Made by a program: the position numbers and the translations under genes. Below are positions 11,538-24,328 of a DNA stretch of 64,000 nucleotides, in pieces. How positions within the stretch are numbered: the stretch's first letter is position 1; each line of letters starts with the position of its first letter. The notes beneath the pieces are model-generated. The model saw only the letters and a program-made list of their open reading frames with translations. It was not told the origin of the DNA and did no database searches. The stretch is from Octopus vulgaris (Eukaryota): NCBI GenBank assembly GCA_951406725.2, contig OX597817.1:45198001-45262000 (forward strand), given 5' to 3'.

Positions 11538-13210
11538 CGGGTACTTAAATTAAGTATAGAAGACCTGAGACAAACAAAACCAAAAAAGAAAGAACAATTA
11601 AAAACCCTTCCCTACATCTCTACACACAACCCACTCAACAATGAGGCCTTCAACACCATACTACAAAGCACAGCCCTACTAAAGGGAGACCCAAAGATGA
11701 ACCGGATCCTCGAAACACACACCATCATTAAAAGTAAACGGCAACCAAAATCCTTGAAAAGGATTTTAACCCAAGCTACACTGCACTCAACATCAACCAC
11801 AAAACCAGCAGTTAGAAAATGTGGAAGGCCCAACTGCGGAATCTGTGTCATCTTGAAAGTGAAAGAAGGATCAGAATTTATACTGGAACAAGGCCACCAG
11901 TTCACCATTAGAACAAACTTCACCTGCGCATCAGAAAACTTAATTTACGTCATAACATGCGCAGGCTGAAATAGGCAGTATATAGGCCATACAAAAAATA
12001 GCTTACGTAACAGGATGGCGGTGTATAAATCACAAATTAGAAACCCTGATTACCGCAAAATACCGGTCAGCGGAAGCATAGATAGATGTGCTGGAAATGT
12101 AAATCCGAAATTTACAACTAACCCGCTCTATAAATTCAGTGACAACGCAACCTTCACACAACGCCAAAATAAAGAACTATATTTCATAAAAAAATTTAGA
12201 GCAAGTTTAAACACCCTGGGCCAGGAATACTAAAACATAAGATAAGTCCTCCGAAAAGGAGAAGCAAAATTCCACCACGGCCGCTACCTTAAACAGACAC
12301 TCGCTCTGACGGAAATATGCCTTAGTAAAAAAGGGAAAAAAATTCTTTCGTGCAAATCTGACCCTGATACATACGATACAGCTAAGGGTCAGACCCGATT
12401 CTGATTGGTCAACAAGTTGATGACGTCTAGTTCTGCTAGAATGGACAGGATACAAACAGGGGACAGTCATTAGTCAGAATATTGATGACGTCCTTTTCTG
12501 CTTGACTAGTCACCTAACAAGTACAGACAGGGGGCAGATCTAATGTAGCTATAAGTCGTGATTGGGCAGAATCTGGATGACGCCCCGTTCTGCTTGACTA
12601 ACGAAGCGACTGGTCAAAACAGGAAACAGACAAGAGGCAGTTATAATGCAGCGATTGGTCAAAATGATGATGACGTCCCGTTCTGCTTGACTAAAGCCAC
12701 CTAACGAAACGATTGGTCAAAACGTTGATGACGTCACGCTACGCTGGACTGACCATCAAACAGGCATTATAAAATCGAGCACTTCACAAGACTAACTAGA
12801 ACCACCCAGCGAACACCCACCATGGGTCATCACAATTGCTTAAAGTAAAAATGAATTCCTCGCTCTTTCGGAAACATCAATCTTCTGTATTGACTGCTTT
12901 CCACCACTTTGATCTGTTTTTTGTAATGAATACGTATCGCCACCGTGGGCCACTGCATCGAACATTTTGAACATATAGCATGAATGAACTTACTTCAAAC
13001 TATATATCAACTATACATGAACTCTAAGATGTCTGACTCCGTTGTGTATTATAAATGAATTTTTTATGTTTGACGGCATGAGCTGTCTTTTTTTATATAT
13101 AACTTTTTTTGATAAGGTTCATTTCAGGAACTGAAACATGTTATAATGTATATATAAAAATTAAAAATTGTATAATATAGCAGCATTTTCGAACTTCATT
13201 TTTTACAAAT
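11538..13210 (+). mobile_element. Penelope-like element (Neptune type) 3' fragment: linker, Cys-rich motif, GIY-YIG endonuclease and pseudo-LTR
   Basis: One frame 11538-12233: LPYISTHNP..KRQPKSLKRILT..KCGRPNCGIC..FTCASENLIYVITCAG*NRQYIGHT..KELYFIKKFRASLN; single TGA at 11967 in place of Cys; decayed hammerhead at 13109-13143. Confidence 0.9.
12402..12776 (+). promoter_or_regulatory. Five ATTGG-N12-TGACGTC modules plus TATA box in the Penelope pseudo-LTR
   Basis: ATTGG/ATTAG at 12404, 12469, 12561, 12654, 12712; TGACG(T/C)C at 12421, 12486, 12578, 12671, 12729; TATAAAA at 12768. Confidence 0.6.
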
Positions 13211-13225
13211 ATATTTATATATATA

Positions 13226-13401
13226 TAGTTATCGCCATACTAATATGGCATTCTTATAAAAATAAGAATAAAGCTGTCCGCTTATTAGCTCCATGAGGCC
13301 ATCGCCTTAAGTTAGCTATTTGATACACAAACTGTATCCATATATTTTCCGGGAACGCTGCTGTGATCTCTTTTAGAGAGACTTAGTAATTTTAATATTT
13401 C

Positions 13402-13402
<1 letters not shown>
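13226..13402 (+). mobile_element. Unclassified TA-associated interspersed repeat, copy 2
   Basis: Homologous to 7217-7335; flanked by TA runs. Confidence 0.65.
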
Positions 13403-14076
<674 letters not shown>

Positions 14077-14122
14077 TTATATATATCAATTAATAATTAA
14101 TTAATTTTACCCTTTTATTATT

Positions 14123-14173
<51 letters not shown>

Positions 14174-14534
14174 TCAACATATACACACATAACCGAAAAC
14201 GACCAATGATTATGATAATTGCATAACAGTTTTTCAGATAATTACTTTTGTGCCATTGAATGTATTGGAAATATCACTGAGTTGTCTCTAATTTCATTCT
14301 AATAGTAGGAGGCTATGGCCTCTGAAGATTCGCCCTAACCTTGTATCGTTAAATCTAATCACAGCGTTGTACGAGTATGGGTTTTGAATGTCAATTTAAA
14401 CATTCAGTTGGAAAAATCTGACTTGAAATCAAACGACAATATATACGTGGGTGATTGTGTGTCATCTATACATATTCACACAGACACACTCACACATACG
14501 CACATATATATATACATACATATACATATATTAT

Positions 14535-14920
14535 GTGGAGACGCAATGGTCCGGTGATTAGGGTAGCGGACTCGTGGTCATAGAATCGCGGTTTCGATTC
14601 TCAGGCCGGCCGTTGTGAGTGTTTATTGAGCGAAAACATCTAAAATCTTCACAAGTCTACGGCAGTGGTGGTTTCGAACCCTGCTGTATTCTTTCACCAC
14701 AACTTTATCTCACTCTTTCTTCCCGTTTCTGTTGTACCTGTATTTCAAAGTGCCAGCCTTGTCACACTCTGTGTCACGCTGAATCTCCCCGAGAACTACG
14801 TTAAAGGTACACGTGTCTCTGGAATATCTAACCACTTGCACGTTAATTTCCCAAGCAGGCTGTGCCGCTGATCGGATCAAAGAGAACACTCGTCGTCGTA
14901 ACCGACGGAGTGCCCCGACA
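14535..14920 (+). mobile_element. SINE family C head with tail type 2
   Basis: Same head and core as 3659; different 3' part (..GTCACGCTGAATCTCCCCGAGAACTACG..GTAACCGACGGAGTGCC). Confidence 0.82.
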
Positions 14921-15479
14921 TATATTATATGTTCTAGCAGAGAAGAAGTGTACTGAATATACTAGCTTAGTTTGATTTAAAGCATTATTAATTTTATAAT
15001 GCAGAAATGTATAAATACAATATGTCAAATATTATTGATTGCTTTTACTGGAACATTCTTGTTGCTGATGACAATTTAGCTTGTAATTCATAATCAATTC
15101 ATTTCTGATAAAAGATCTGTGTTGCTCAGGTACAAAAGTGTGCCATGTCTCATATGAGAAACTTTTATAAAACAATAATCTCTAATGGAAAATTCTTGTT
15201 TGAGCATATCTCGTTTTTCTCTCTTTTTTTTAAGTGGTAGACTTTGAAGTAAAGAAATCGAATTCAATGTTAATTTGAATATCCTTTTTAAATTTCCTTA
15301 TTCAACCATCTGTGTTAGAATGTCTTGAGATGATGTTAGTGAAGTCGTGATAATTGTGCTAGATATAACTTTGCAAGTCACCATATAATTCGTTAAAAAA
15401 AAATAGATAACACACTTCAGTTAATGATTTGCTTGAAATAACTTTTGTTTTAAATTTACATTAAATATCTTTTACTCAC

Positions 15480-15520
15480 ATGGATACTGACGGAAAGTAG
15501 ACTCCAGGTCTGCTACGCCG
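15480..15520 (-). CDS. Candidate 41-nt exon B (phase 0: RRSRPGVYFPSVS; phase 2: GVADLESTFRQYP)
   Basis: Acceptor ttgttctctttcaag| and donor |gtgagt; GC-rich island in AT-rich flanks. Confidence 0.4.
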
Positions 15521-15564
15521 CTTGAAAGAGAACAAAACCATAAAGAAATCATTATAATACTTAC

Positions 15565-15611
15565 TGTTTTATCATACGAAAATAGAATATTCCGCATGAC
15601 TCAGATCTTTG
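15565..15611 (-). CDS. Candidate 47-nt exon A (phase 0 to 2: QRSESCGIFYFRMIK)
   Basis: Acceptor tttttctcactgtag| and donor |gtaagt; only one open frame. Confidence 0.3.
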
Positions 15612-16007
15612 CTACAGTGAGAAAAACGGAACATAGAATGCCTGTAGCATGCCATTGTGAAACATGCCGTTTTTATTGTACAGCCTAACTAATGCAATTC
15701 AAGCTCTTCAATAAATGATTCCTGAGCAAGTTTAATTCGTAATGTAGATATGAGCGTGTCAAAAATAATTTTATTACATAATGGGCTACAAATTTTTAAT
15801 TGTTACACATTTTCAGCCTTCATGTATCTGGAGGTGTAGACCTAGATAAAAGGAATTTTAAGAATTCTAAATATGGAATTTATAAAGCTTAACTTGATTG
15901 AGTTATACATCAGAAACCTTATGAAATTAAACCTACATTTTCTATCTGAAATATTCCATAACATGTAAAAATATCATTTATAAGATGGAGAGCCAAGGTA
16001 GAAGTAA

Positions 16008-16226
16008 ATCTTTTCTACTCTAACCACAACGACTGATTTTTTTGGGGGGGAGAGGCCCTGTCGATGAGATCGACTCCAGTATGCAACTGGTACTTAATTT
16101 ATCGACCCCGAAGGGATGAAAGGCAAAGTTGACCTCGGCAGCATTTGAACTCAGAATGTAAACACAGATAGAACACCGCGAAGCATTTCGCCCGGCGTGC
16201 TAACGTTTCTGCCAGTTCGCTGCCTT
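16008..16226 (-). mobile_element. SINE family A with alternative tail
   Basis: Family A head and core; tail resembles 41520-41575. Confidence 0.8.
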
Positions 16227-16604
16227 AAAACATTCTTTACTGTAGAAGTAAATGTGTTTAAACAGACAGAAATGCCATTTTAAATCATTATTTATGCTTT
16301 ATAATGCGTTACTTACAGTTCTTTCTATCGCTCAAAAGGTAAGAATTTAAATACAGTTCTAAATCATGATAATCCTCAGTAGAAATCAACACCAAAGTGT
16401 AATAATACACCATTCTAATATAGAGATATGTACTTCGTTTTATTATTTACTCTACTACTCTTTATATATAGGGAATCGCATCTTTTAGATACTTTATACC
16501 TCTCTCTCGCTCTCTCTCACTCTCTCTCTCTCTCACTCTCTCTCTCTCTCTCTCACACAGGCGCGCGCGCACACACAGACACACATATATACATGTACGA
16601 TAAG

Positions 16605-17155
16605 TTGTCCATTGGTGTCCGATGACGAAAATGTCTGTTTTCTGCGTGATGGGAAAGCATGTGACCCCAAAGTCCAAAGCTGGAAGCACACAGGTGCCCA
16701 CAGGTGTCGCAGCGATAGTCTGGATTGAAGAGGATGCTTCCCTGTGACGTCATTCTCTTGCATCATTGAGACACTATCGCCAGTCCACTTCGAAGACTTC
16801 CACGCTGATCTGTCAGCGGCTGAGGTTTCAATTTCATGTAGGTTAATACCGCACCATCTGTGGTTACATTTCAAAGAGTTTTTGTACCTCAGTGTAGGCT
16901 TTCCTCGTTTGCCTGAGATTGCCGTACCACAGCTGTCTGGATAGACGGTTGTTAATAATTCTGATAGCATAACCAGTCTAGCATAACTGAGTCTTCAGCA
17001 ATATTGACTCAGTGCTTGTTGAATAAGCTGTGTCCAACACTTTTTGGTCTGTCGCAATGTCCTGTCACCGAATGCTCATGATCCTGCTCGGTACCCTTGT
17101 GAAAATATTCCGTCTATTTGATATGCCGACGGTACATATTTGACATCCATAGAGA
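16605..17155 (-). mobile_element. RTE (BovB-like) LINE 3' fragment
   Basis: GKRGKPTLRYKNSLK..ETSAADRSAWK followed by C2H2 motif YRCDTCGHLCASSFGLWGH. Confidence 0.75.
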
Positions 17156-17215
17156 AGTTTAGAAATAATTATATGTTTATATATATATCATGTGACACAA
17201 TTGACCCAGTTAAAT

Positions 17216-17521
17216 ATCACCATAATCACCGTGACCGACCAGGCTATCAGATGTTGCTACACATCGCTGGGCACAATGCGCTTCGCATTGTTTTAGCTTT
17301 CAAATGACGCCACCCCGCTGGCTAAGCGACAAGGCCAAGAGAATAAAGAGTGAGAGAAAGTTGTGGCGAAAGAGTACAGCAGGGATCGCCATCACCCCCT
17401 GCCGGAGCTGCGTGGAGCTTTAGTTGTTTTCGCTCAATAAACACTCACAACACCCGGTCTGGGAATCGAAACGGTGATCCTACGACCGCGAGTCCTAACC
17501 ACTGGGCGATTGTATCTCCAC
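17216..17521 (-). mobile_element. SINE family C head with tail type 3
   Basis: Same head and core; tail ..TTAGCCAGCGGGGTGGCGTCATTTGAA..GGTCGGTCACGGTGAT. Confidence 0.82.
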
Positions 17522-17528
17522 ACGTATG

Positions 17529-17562
<34 letters not shown>

Positions 17563-17564
<2 letters not shown>

Positions 17565-17738
17565 GGTCCCGGGTTGAGTCGGGGTTAACCACAATAAATA
17601 AGGTACTCAATACATGGCAGAGTAAATTAATTTATTTTATAGAAGGAGCTTCTACAGGACTAGAATTGTTTCATTCAAATGAATCATCCCTGATGATTTC
17701 ATTTGAATGAAACAGTTCTAGTCCTGTAGAAGCTCCTT

Positions 17739-17743
<5 letters not shown>
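17563..17743. mobile_element. Penelope pseudo-LTR remnant with inverted duplication (52-bp arms) and hammerhead core
   Basis: Arms 17637-17688 and 17692-17743; CTGATGA..GAAACAG..CTGTA at 17690-17728; flanked by (TA)n on both sides. Confidence 0.7.
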
Positions 17744-17800
<57 letters not shown>

Positions 17801-18885
17801 TGTGTGTGTATGTCTGTGTATGTGTGTGTGTGTTTGTGTGTGCATGCATGTATATGTGTGGTAATATGTATGTATATACGCAAATTTACCTACACGTATG
17901 ATTTATACATCATATGAGCAAGTATATATGCTTGCAAGTTTGTGTGTGTATGTGTGATGCATTTCGATCGACCATTTGACGGCGCGCGCACACACAACTA
18001 GATTCAAGATGAAGCACCAATAAGGTAAATCAAAAGGTTGGCAGTGTATAGAGTTAACAGCAAGTCGAAAGAATTTATACTTATATAATAAGCTGCTCTG
18101 GTCTGAAATTAATAACTTATTTAATCATATACACCCAAAATAAAGAAAGAGGAAACCGTTTCAAAATTTCCGAGGGCTTCACTTAAAAGGCTTGTGTCGT
18201 CAACTTTCTGGAGCTACGTAAACGTCACACATGTCTATTTAACGTGTCATGGTACATAGTATGCATTCACACTCACAAACTTTCTCATAGCTTTGGGGAA
18301 TCTTTTTTATAGAAATGTAAATTTCTAAAGAAAATTTCTAAATCATTAATAAACAAATAATGCAAAATAAGTGTTAAATTCTGTGATTTAATCAAATTAA
18401 ATACATCAATTCTGACTTAGCTTTTTCGAGAGAGACCTCCTCTATGAGAAATTTTTTAAAAAAATTGTTGCATTCCTCAGGGTCGTAATTCAATAAAAAT
18501 AAAAGAAAATCTAATAGAATCGCAAAGGAAAACAAAGCAATAAATGTATTTTTAGTTCATGTGATTTGTATTGTTTAGAGTAGAGATAAAATAATGGTTC
18601 TTTAGACTGAGCGTTAATCTTCATGTGACAAGGTTTTCTGTATGGAAAGATCAGACGATTTTGATGACAAGAATACATAATGAAGTGAAAAGGAGAAACA
18701 AACAGTTGCAAGTTGGCTTAAGTAAGGGATTACTCATATAATCTACTTAGAGAGAAGGATTATCAAGAAAGTCGTGATTAGTTACCTAATGCTCTGAGGA
18801 CGAAATAGCTCTGCAATGAACTTCATATATCATATACTAATTCACCTTAGCGCATGATACATTTACAGAACAAACGTATATATAT

Positions 18886-18998
18886 AAGAAATCTTAATAT
18901 GTTAACATATTCTCTTGGATATACATACATATATATATATATATGATATATATATTTATATATATACACGAGAATCTGTTAACATGTTAAGATTTCTT
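18886..18998. repeat. 36-bp inverted repeat enclosing a TA-rich microsatellite
   Basis: aagaaatcttaatatgttaacatattctcttggata / tatacacgagaatctgttaacatgttaagatttctt, 4 mismatches. Confidence 0.85.
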
Positions 18999-19280
18999 TT
19001 CGGCGTATTATTGACAGAGTAAAACGCAAATTATAACGCATGGCAGTTTCGACAATGCTGATACATAGAATTTTAATGGCAGTTATATTTTCAGCCAAAT
19101 CAACACTTCTTGTGTTTGTAAACATAAAATGGGTTGAAATTAAACTCCACCAAGTGACGTCAAGTGTACACGAAACAAAATACTGTCACAAAATGTCCGC
19201 TGCTCTGTGGATTTGGCAATTCAAACAACCTATTTTAAAGGAAATAAGGGAAATTCACTTGTATCAAGTCGCGGATATTT

Positions 19281-19547
19281 TTTTACTCTCTTTACTCGTT
19301 TATTATTTTACTTGTTTCAGTCAGTTGACTGTGGCCATGCTGGAGCACTGCCTTTTTTAGTCGAGCAAATCGACCCCAGAACTCATTCTTCGTAAGCCTA
19401 CTACTTATTCTATCGGTCTCTTTCGCCGAACCGCTAAGTTACCGGGACGTAAACACACCACCATCGGTTGTCAAGTGATGTTGGGGCGGACAAACACAGA
19501 CACACACGCACACGTACACACACACAGACTCTCACAAACGCACACAC

Positions 19548-19628
<81 letters not shown>

Positions 19629-19790
19629 CGACGTGCATCTTTCAGTTTCCGTCTACCAAATCCACTCACAAGGCTTTGGTCGGCCCGAGGCTATAGTAGA
19701 AGTTACTTGCACAAGGTGGCACGCAGAGGGACTGAACCCGGGACCATGTGGTTGGGAAAGCATGATACTTAGCACACGTCCACTCCTGCG
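19281..19790 (-). mobile_element. SINE family B, full length
   Basis: Collinear with 45349-45812 and 62949-63403. Confidence 0.9.
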
Positions 19791-20202
19791 GCAAAGAATG
19801 TAAGAAATTTGTAGTCGATTTAATCGACGCAACTATTTGTCTCAACTTTTATATAAATATTATGGCAAGGAAAGCCTATTCGAATAAGATATGAACTGAG
19901 AGGATTAAGGATATATCTAAATGTCAAATTGCATAGATATATGGCTTTTGTAGACTCCCACACTTAGCATTTAGAATGTTTTGCTTATGAACTAAGTAAG
20001 ACTTAGTGTACCTAGCATCCATTTATAAATACATGCATACGTACATATAATATGCATGTGTATATGTATGTATAATAAAAAATGGATAATTCACTCACGT
20101 TACATAGTTTTATAAAGAGTCTGCTTTTTCCTTCGTTTATTTTATATATTTTTTTTTGCATGACAACTCACCACGTGGAGATAATCGAAATTCCCTCCTT
20201 TG

Positions 20203-20237
<35 letters not shown>

Positions 20238-20359
20238 GGCCGTTTACTAGTGATCGATGAAGACTATTGCTGACAGTCAGGAACATTGTGCTCTCTAGGA
20301 CTAACTTATACTTTACCGTTGCGGCTCCGTTTGTGGCTAAGTAAGCCTGGTCTCACGAA

Positions 20360-20994
20360 TGAGCCGTTATTAGACCGAATAGTGACGACAGGTAACGAGA
20401 AAAGAGCTCTCTATAAAAACGTTAAGCGTCGAAGTCACCCCAGGCTAAAGAAGGTCTTCACCCACGTAAATTGTTGTTATCTGTTTGGTGGGTATGAAAG
20501 GTTAGTCCACTTTGAACTTTTAAACGCGAACTAAGCGATAACAAAGGAGATTTACTGCGAGCAGCTTGGCCGTTTTAAGTTAGCGCTAGAAGAAAAAACG
20601 GCCATCTTTAGTTTCAAGAAGAAAGGTGTTGTTTTACCTGGATAATGCTCGGTTACATACAGCGAGGTTGACATTCCAAAGGTTGGGGCAGTTTGATCGG
20701 GAAACGATGCCCCACCCACCAGAGTCGCCGTATAGTGCCCCATGTGATTATCATTTATTCTGTAGTCTTAAAAATATTTTGGAAGGAAACAATATGAATT
20801 CTGTCGAGATCAGAACAGTACTGGAGGAGTATTAGTATTTTTCGTCACGGAGAAGTAAAGTTTGGAAGCGGGGCCTTGGAAGTCTACAAGATAGAAAATG
20901 AAGTATATATTTTAGATTAAAAAAGAGTTTACATTAATCTTGATAAATAAAAGTTATATAAAAAAAAACGCATTATTTATGGTAATACCCAATA
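20360..20994 (+). mobile_element. Decayed mariner (Tc1/mariner D34D) transposase with 3' terminal repeat
   Basis: NEPLLDRIVTTGNEK, LHPRKLLLSVWW, DNARLHTA, HPPESPYSAPCDYHLF (HPPYSPDLAPSDY motif); ends ..ATTTATGGTAATACCCAATA. Confidence 0.85.
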
Positions 20995-21179
20995 TCTACC
21001 TGTCTGTCTGTCTATCTGTCTATATATGTATCTATTTCCAAATTGTACAAAATACAAAAAATACGATGGCAGAGACAGATGAAGGAATAAGAAACAAGTA
21101 GCAGTTTCAAACATAGGTGAAGACGAATTATGTCCCTTTATTTCTTCCATTAATGTTATTGCATACAAAATCGGTATTC

Positions 21180-21380
21180 TTTTATTAGTTTTAGTCACTT
21201 GACTGCGGCCATGCCGGAGCACTGCCTTCTTTCAATATCCGTCTACCAAATCCACTCACAAAGCTCTGGTCGGCCTGAAGCTATAGTAGAAGACACTTGC
21301 CCAAACTGCCACGCAGTGGGACGTATTCCGGAACCATGTGGATGCTATGCAAGCTACTTATCCCACAGCAACTCCTGCGT
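21180..21380 (-). mobile_element. SINE family B with internal deletion
   Basis: Head joined directly to tail. Confidence 0.8.
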
Positions 21381-23052
21381 GTATTACTTCTTATCAACCT
21401 GTGTTTACTTTTAAATTTGCCAACCTGCAATATATTATGGTTTATCGACCACTTTTGTTGTGTTGATTTACACGAATTTATTGCCAATAAATCGGGTTTA
21501 CAATGTATGGGTATAACTGAAACTTACCCAGTCATTTGGAAATATTTAGTGACATAACATGGTACACTTTTCGAATCATACCCATAGCATTCCGCAAAGA
21601 GTATTCAAGATACAAATATACTTTCGAAATGATTCTTGGGATATTCGCAACATTTTTGCAGTGTATTTATATAGGGTGCCTAGCATAATTTCTAATAATT
21701 TTTTTCAGTGCTATTTGTAGAACGACTTTTTATATACAAGGTGATAATATTACTATCTTTGTCGAAGTAGTATTTTAAAATGTCAAATTTTCCCATGAAC
21801 TTAAATTACATCCCATCAATGGATTTAAGCTGTCTCACAATTGTTTTACAATTACGTCTACTCTTTTAGCGATATTTTGTTATCCTGTTTTTACGCTGGA
21901 AAGAGTTCTTGTTTGTATTGTAAAGAAATAGCTTTCACTTGTGCAATTCCAGCGCTAAATAATTTTATTTAACTCAATTTTCCCCTGTAGAGTATTTTCT
22001 GTTTCAATTTTAACAAATTACTTCTGTCGGTTAATGTTTTCTGATTTATTTTCTATTATGTTATAGCTTTTGCTCTCATCCGGTTTGTGTAATATGATTT
22101 CATCGTCCAAATCATTCAGGGTTCATTTGAGTCTTTTGTTAAGGAGATTTAATGTTGTGTATATAGCTACGTTTATTGGATTAGCTACGGAATAAGACTT
22201 GAATATGTCGTCTATCTGTATTATATTCCTATACGCAAAGGTCTCTAGAGATTGGTATGGTACATCTAATTCGATTTTTTCCGGTTTGAGTCTTATTCTT
22301 TTTTGCCATTTCATAACAATTGTGTGAATGAACAGGCTAGTTTTTAATTAAAAAAATACTGGCACTAGTTTGCTTGTTATAAAGCAAGAAAATATACTAA
22401 ACATATTCTTGAAGCTATCGTTTTGGTAGTACAAGTCTAATTTTAATTTAAAGCAACCCCATTATCGGGAAAGAAACCAATTTTACAGTTTCCAGCTTAG
22501 CACTTGCATTTTTTATTAGCTAAAAGAAAATGAAATTGGCTCGTGTATTAGTACTCGTTATTTAACAAGCTTTATCAAATACGAAAGCAGTACTTCTAAA
22601 CAAATTATATTCCTAAGACCTGGAATCACCTATTCCGTAATTAGATTACGTGACCACGAAATATGCACCAAAGCTAGTAAGCATGTATTTTAAACCAAGG
22701 AAGAAATACGCGACACACATATACAAAGCGTTACAATCTTACAGAGAACTACAAGTGCTAGAGACAAATGTAGAGTCAAAGCTATTAAATAGTGAGTGCG
22801 ACAATAACATTCACTTATTGTTGTAAATAGGTAATAATTGGGACTTGAATGCATAATCAACGCCAAGCAGACAGATAATACTTTGAATTATCACCGTCAC
22901 TCATTTCATTGTCATTGGCCAATTTTCAATACAAATATTGAATACAATATTGAATGCAGATATTGAATACAATGTACCTTAATTCACATGTTTTCTTGTG
23001 ATTTGCCTTACATTCTCCTCGCATTGTTCTCGCCATACCCAGGATCCATTAC

Positions 23053-23117
<65 letters not shown>

Positions 23118-23242
23118 TTTGGTCTGCATTTCTTGCTTCCTTCATAATTTGAGTTACGCTAAATTCCCGTCGTAAACAGCGAATTATTGTGACTAATTTT
23201 CCTAGCTTCAGCCTTAACGTCTCTCTCTCTCCCCCTCCCTCA

Positions 23243-23290
<48 letters not shown>

Positions 23291-23305
23291 GTCTGTCTGT
23301 CTATG

Positions 23306-23350
<45 letters not shown>

Positions 23351-23515
23351 ATATGTATGTATGTATGTATCTATCCTATATATAGAGAGATTCGGGGTGA
23401 GTACTTGATAATTGTAAGCACCTGTATATACCGTTTGGTGGTGTAGGTGGTGGAGTAAATTAATCAAAATAAAAACACGATGCCAAGGATACATATATAC
23501 ACACACACGCGCGCG

Positions 23516-23565
<50 letters not shown>

Positions 23566-23583
23566 TATGGAGATTTCGGTTAC

Positions 23584-23647
23584 TTGGAAGTAACGGAATT
23601 GTGCTGTGGAATCGGTAACACTATCGCTTGAAAAGCGACAGATATAC
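23584..23647 (-). CDS. Candidate 64-nt exon (phase 2 to 0: YICRFSSDSVTDSTAQFRYFQ)
   Basis: Acceptor cttttcagtgtctccag| and weaker donor |gtaacc; phases bridge exon 2 and exons A/B. Confidence 0.28.
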
Positions 23648-23771
23648 CTGGAGACACTGAAAAGACTTTCAATATTCTACCTTAAATTGATAGTTATAAT
23701 ATCATATGCCATTTTAATACATACATACAAACATTCCTACATACAGGTGTGTGTGTGTGTGTTTGTTTGTC

Positions 23772-23821
<50 letters not shown>

Positions 23822-24020
23822 GAAGACATATTTAAATCTATAATATGCGTTATTACAGAGGCGTAAAAACCGAGAGCAGACAGAAAAAGTATTAAATTAT
23901 ATATGTATCAGATATTAACTTCGCTATTTGATTTCACACAATTTTTCAATTTTATTGTTATAAATGGCAGAATTACAATATACCCCACCATCACCACACA
24001 CATATGCATATATACATACA

Positions 24021-24060
24021 CACACACACATATAACGTGTATTACAAAATACTTGATTCA

Positions 24061-24108
<48 letters not shown>

Positions 24109-24223
24109 TATATGTGATCAAGTATTCTGTAATAGACGTTTTTATGTCTTTGAACAATCAAAAACAGAAACATGTTTTGTAAACCCACACACATATAATG
24201 TGTATTACAAAATACTTGATTCA

Positions 24224-24259
<36 letters not shown>

Positions 24260-24328
24260 TCAAGTATTCTGTAATAGACATTTTTATATGTCTTTGAATA
24301 ATCAAAAACAGAAACATGTTTTGTAAAC
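24021..24328. repeat. Tandem duplication (2 x ~150 bp); each unit is a 21-bp inverted repeat around (TA)n
   Basis: gtgtattacaaaatacttgat-(TA)n-atcaagtattctgtaatagac..aaacagaaacatgttttgtaaac occurs twice. Confidence 0.9.

Noticed and set aside
12402-12760. Repeat-spacer-like array as a CRISPR
   Set aside because: Units are degenerate with related spacers, the context is eukaryotic and there are no cas genes; it is a pseudo-LTR motif array
16317-16414. Minus-strand 98-nt candidate exon (MVYYYTLVLISTEDYHDLELYLNSYLLSDRKN)
   Set aside because: Weak acceptor, AT-rich, and its phase-1 end hits stops in both neighbouring candidate exons
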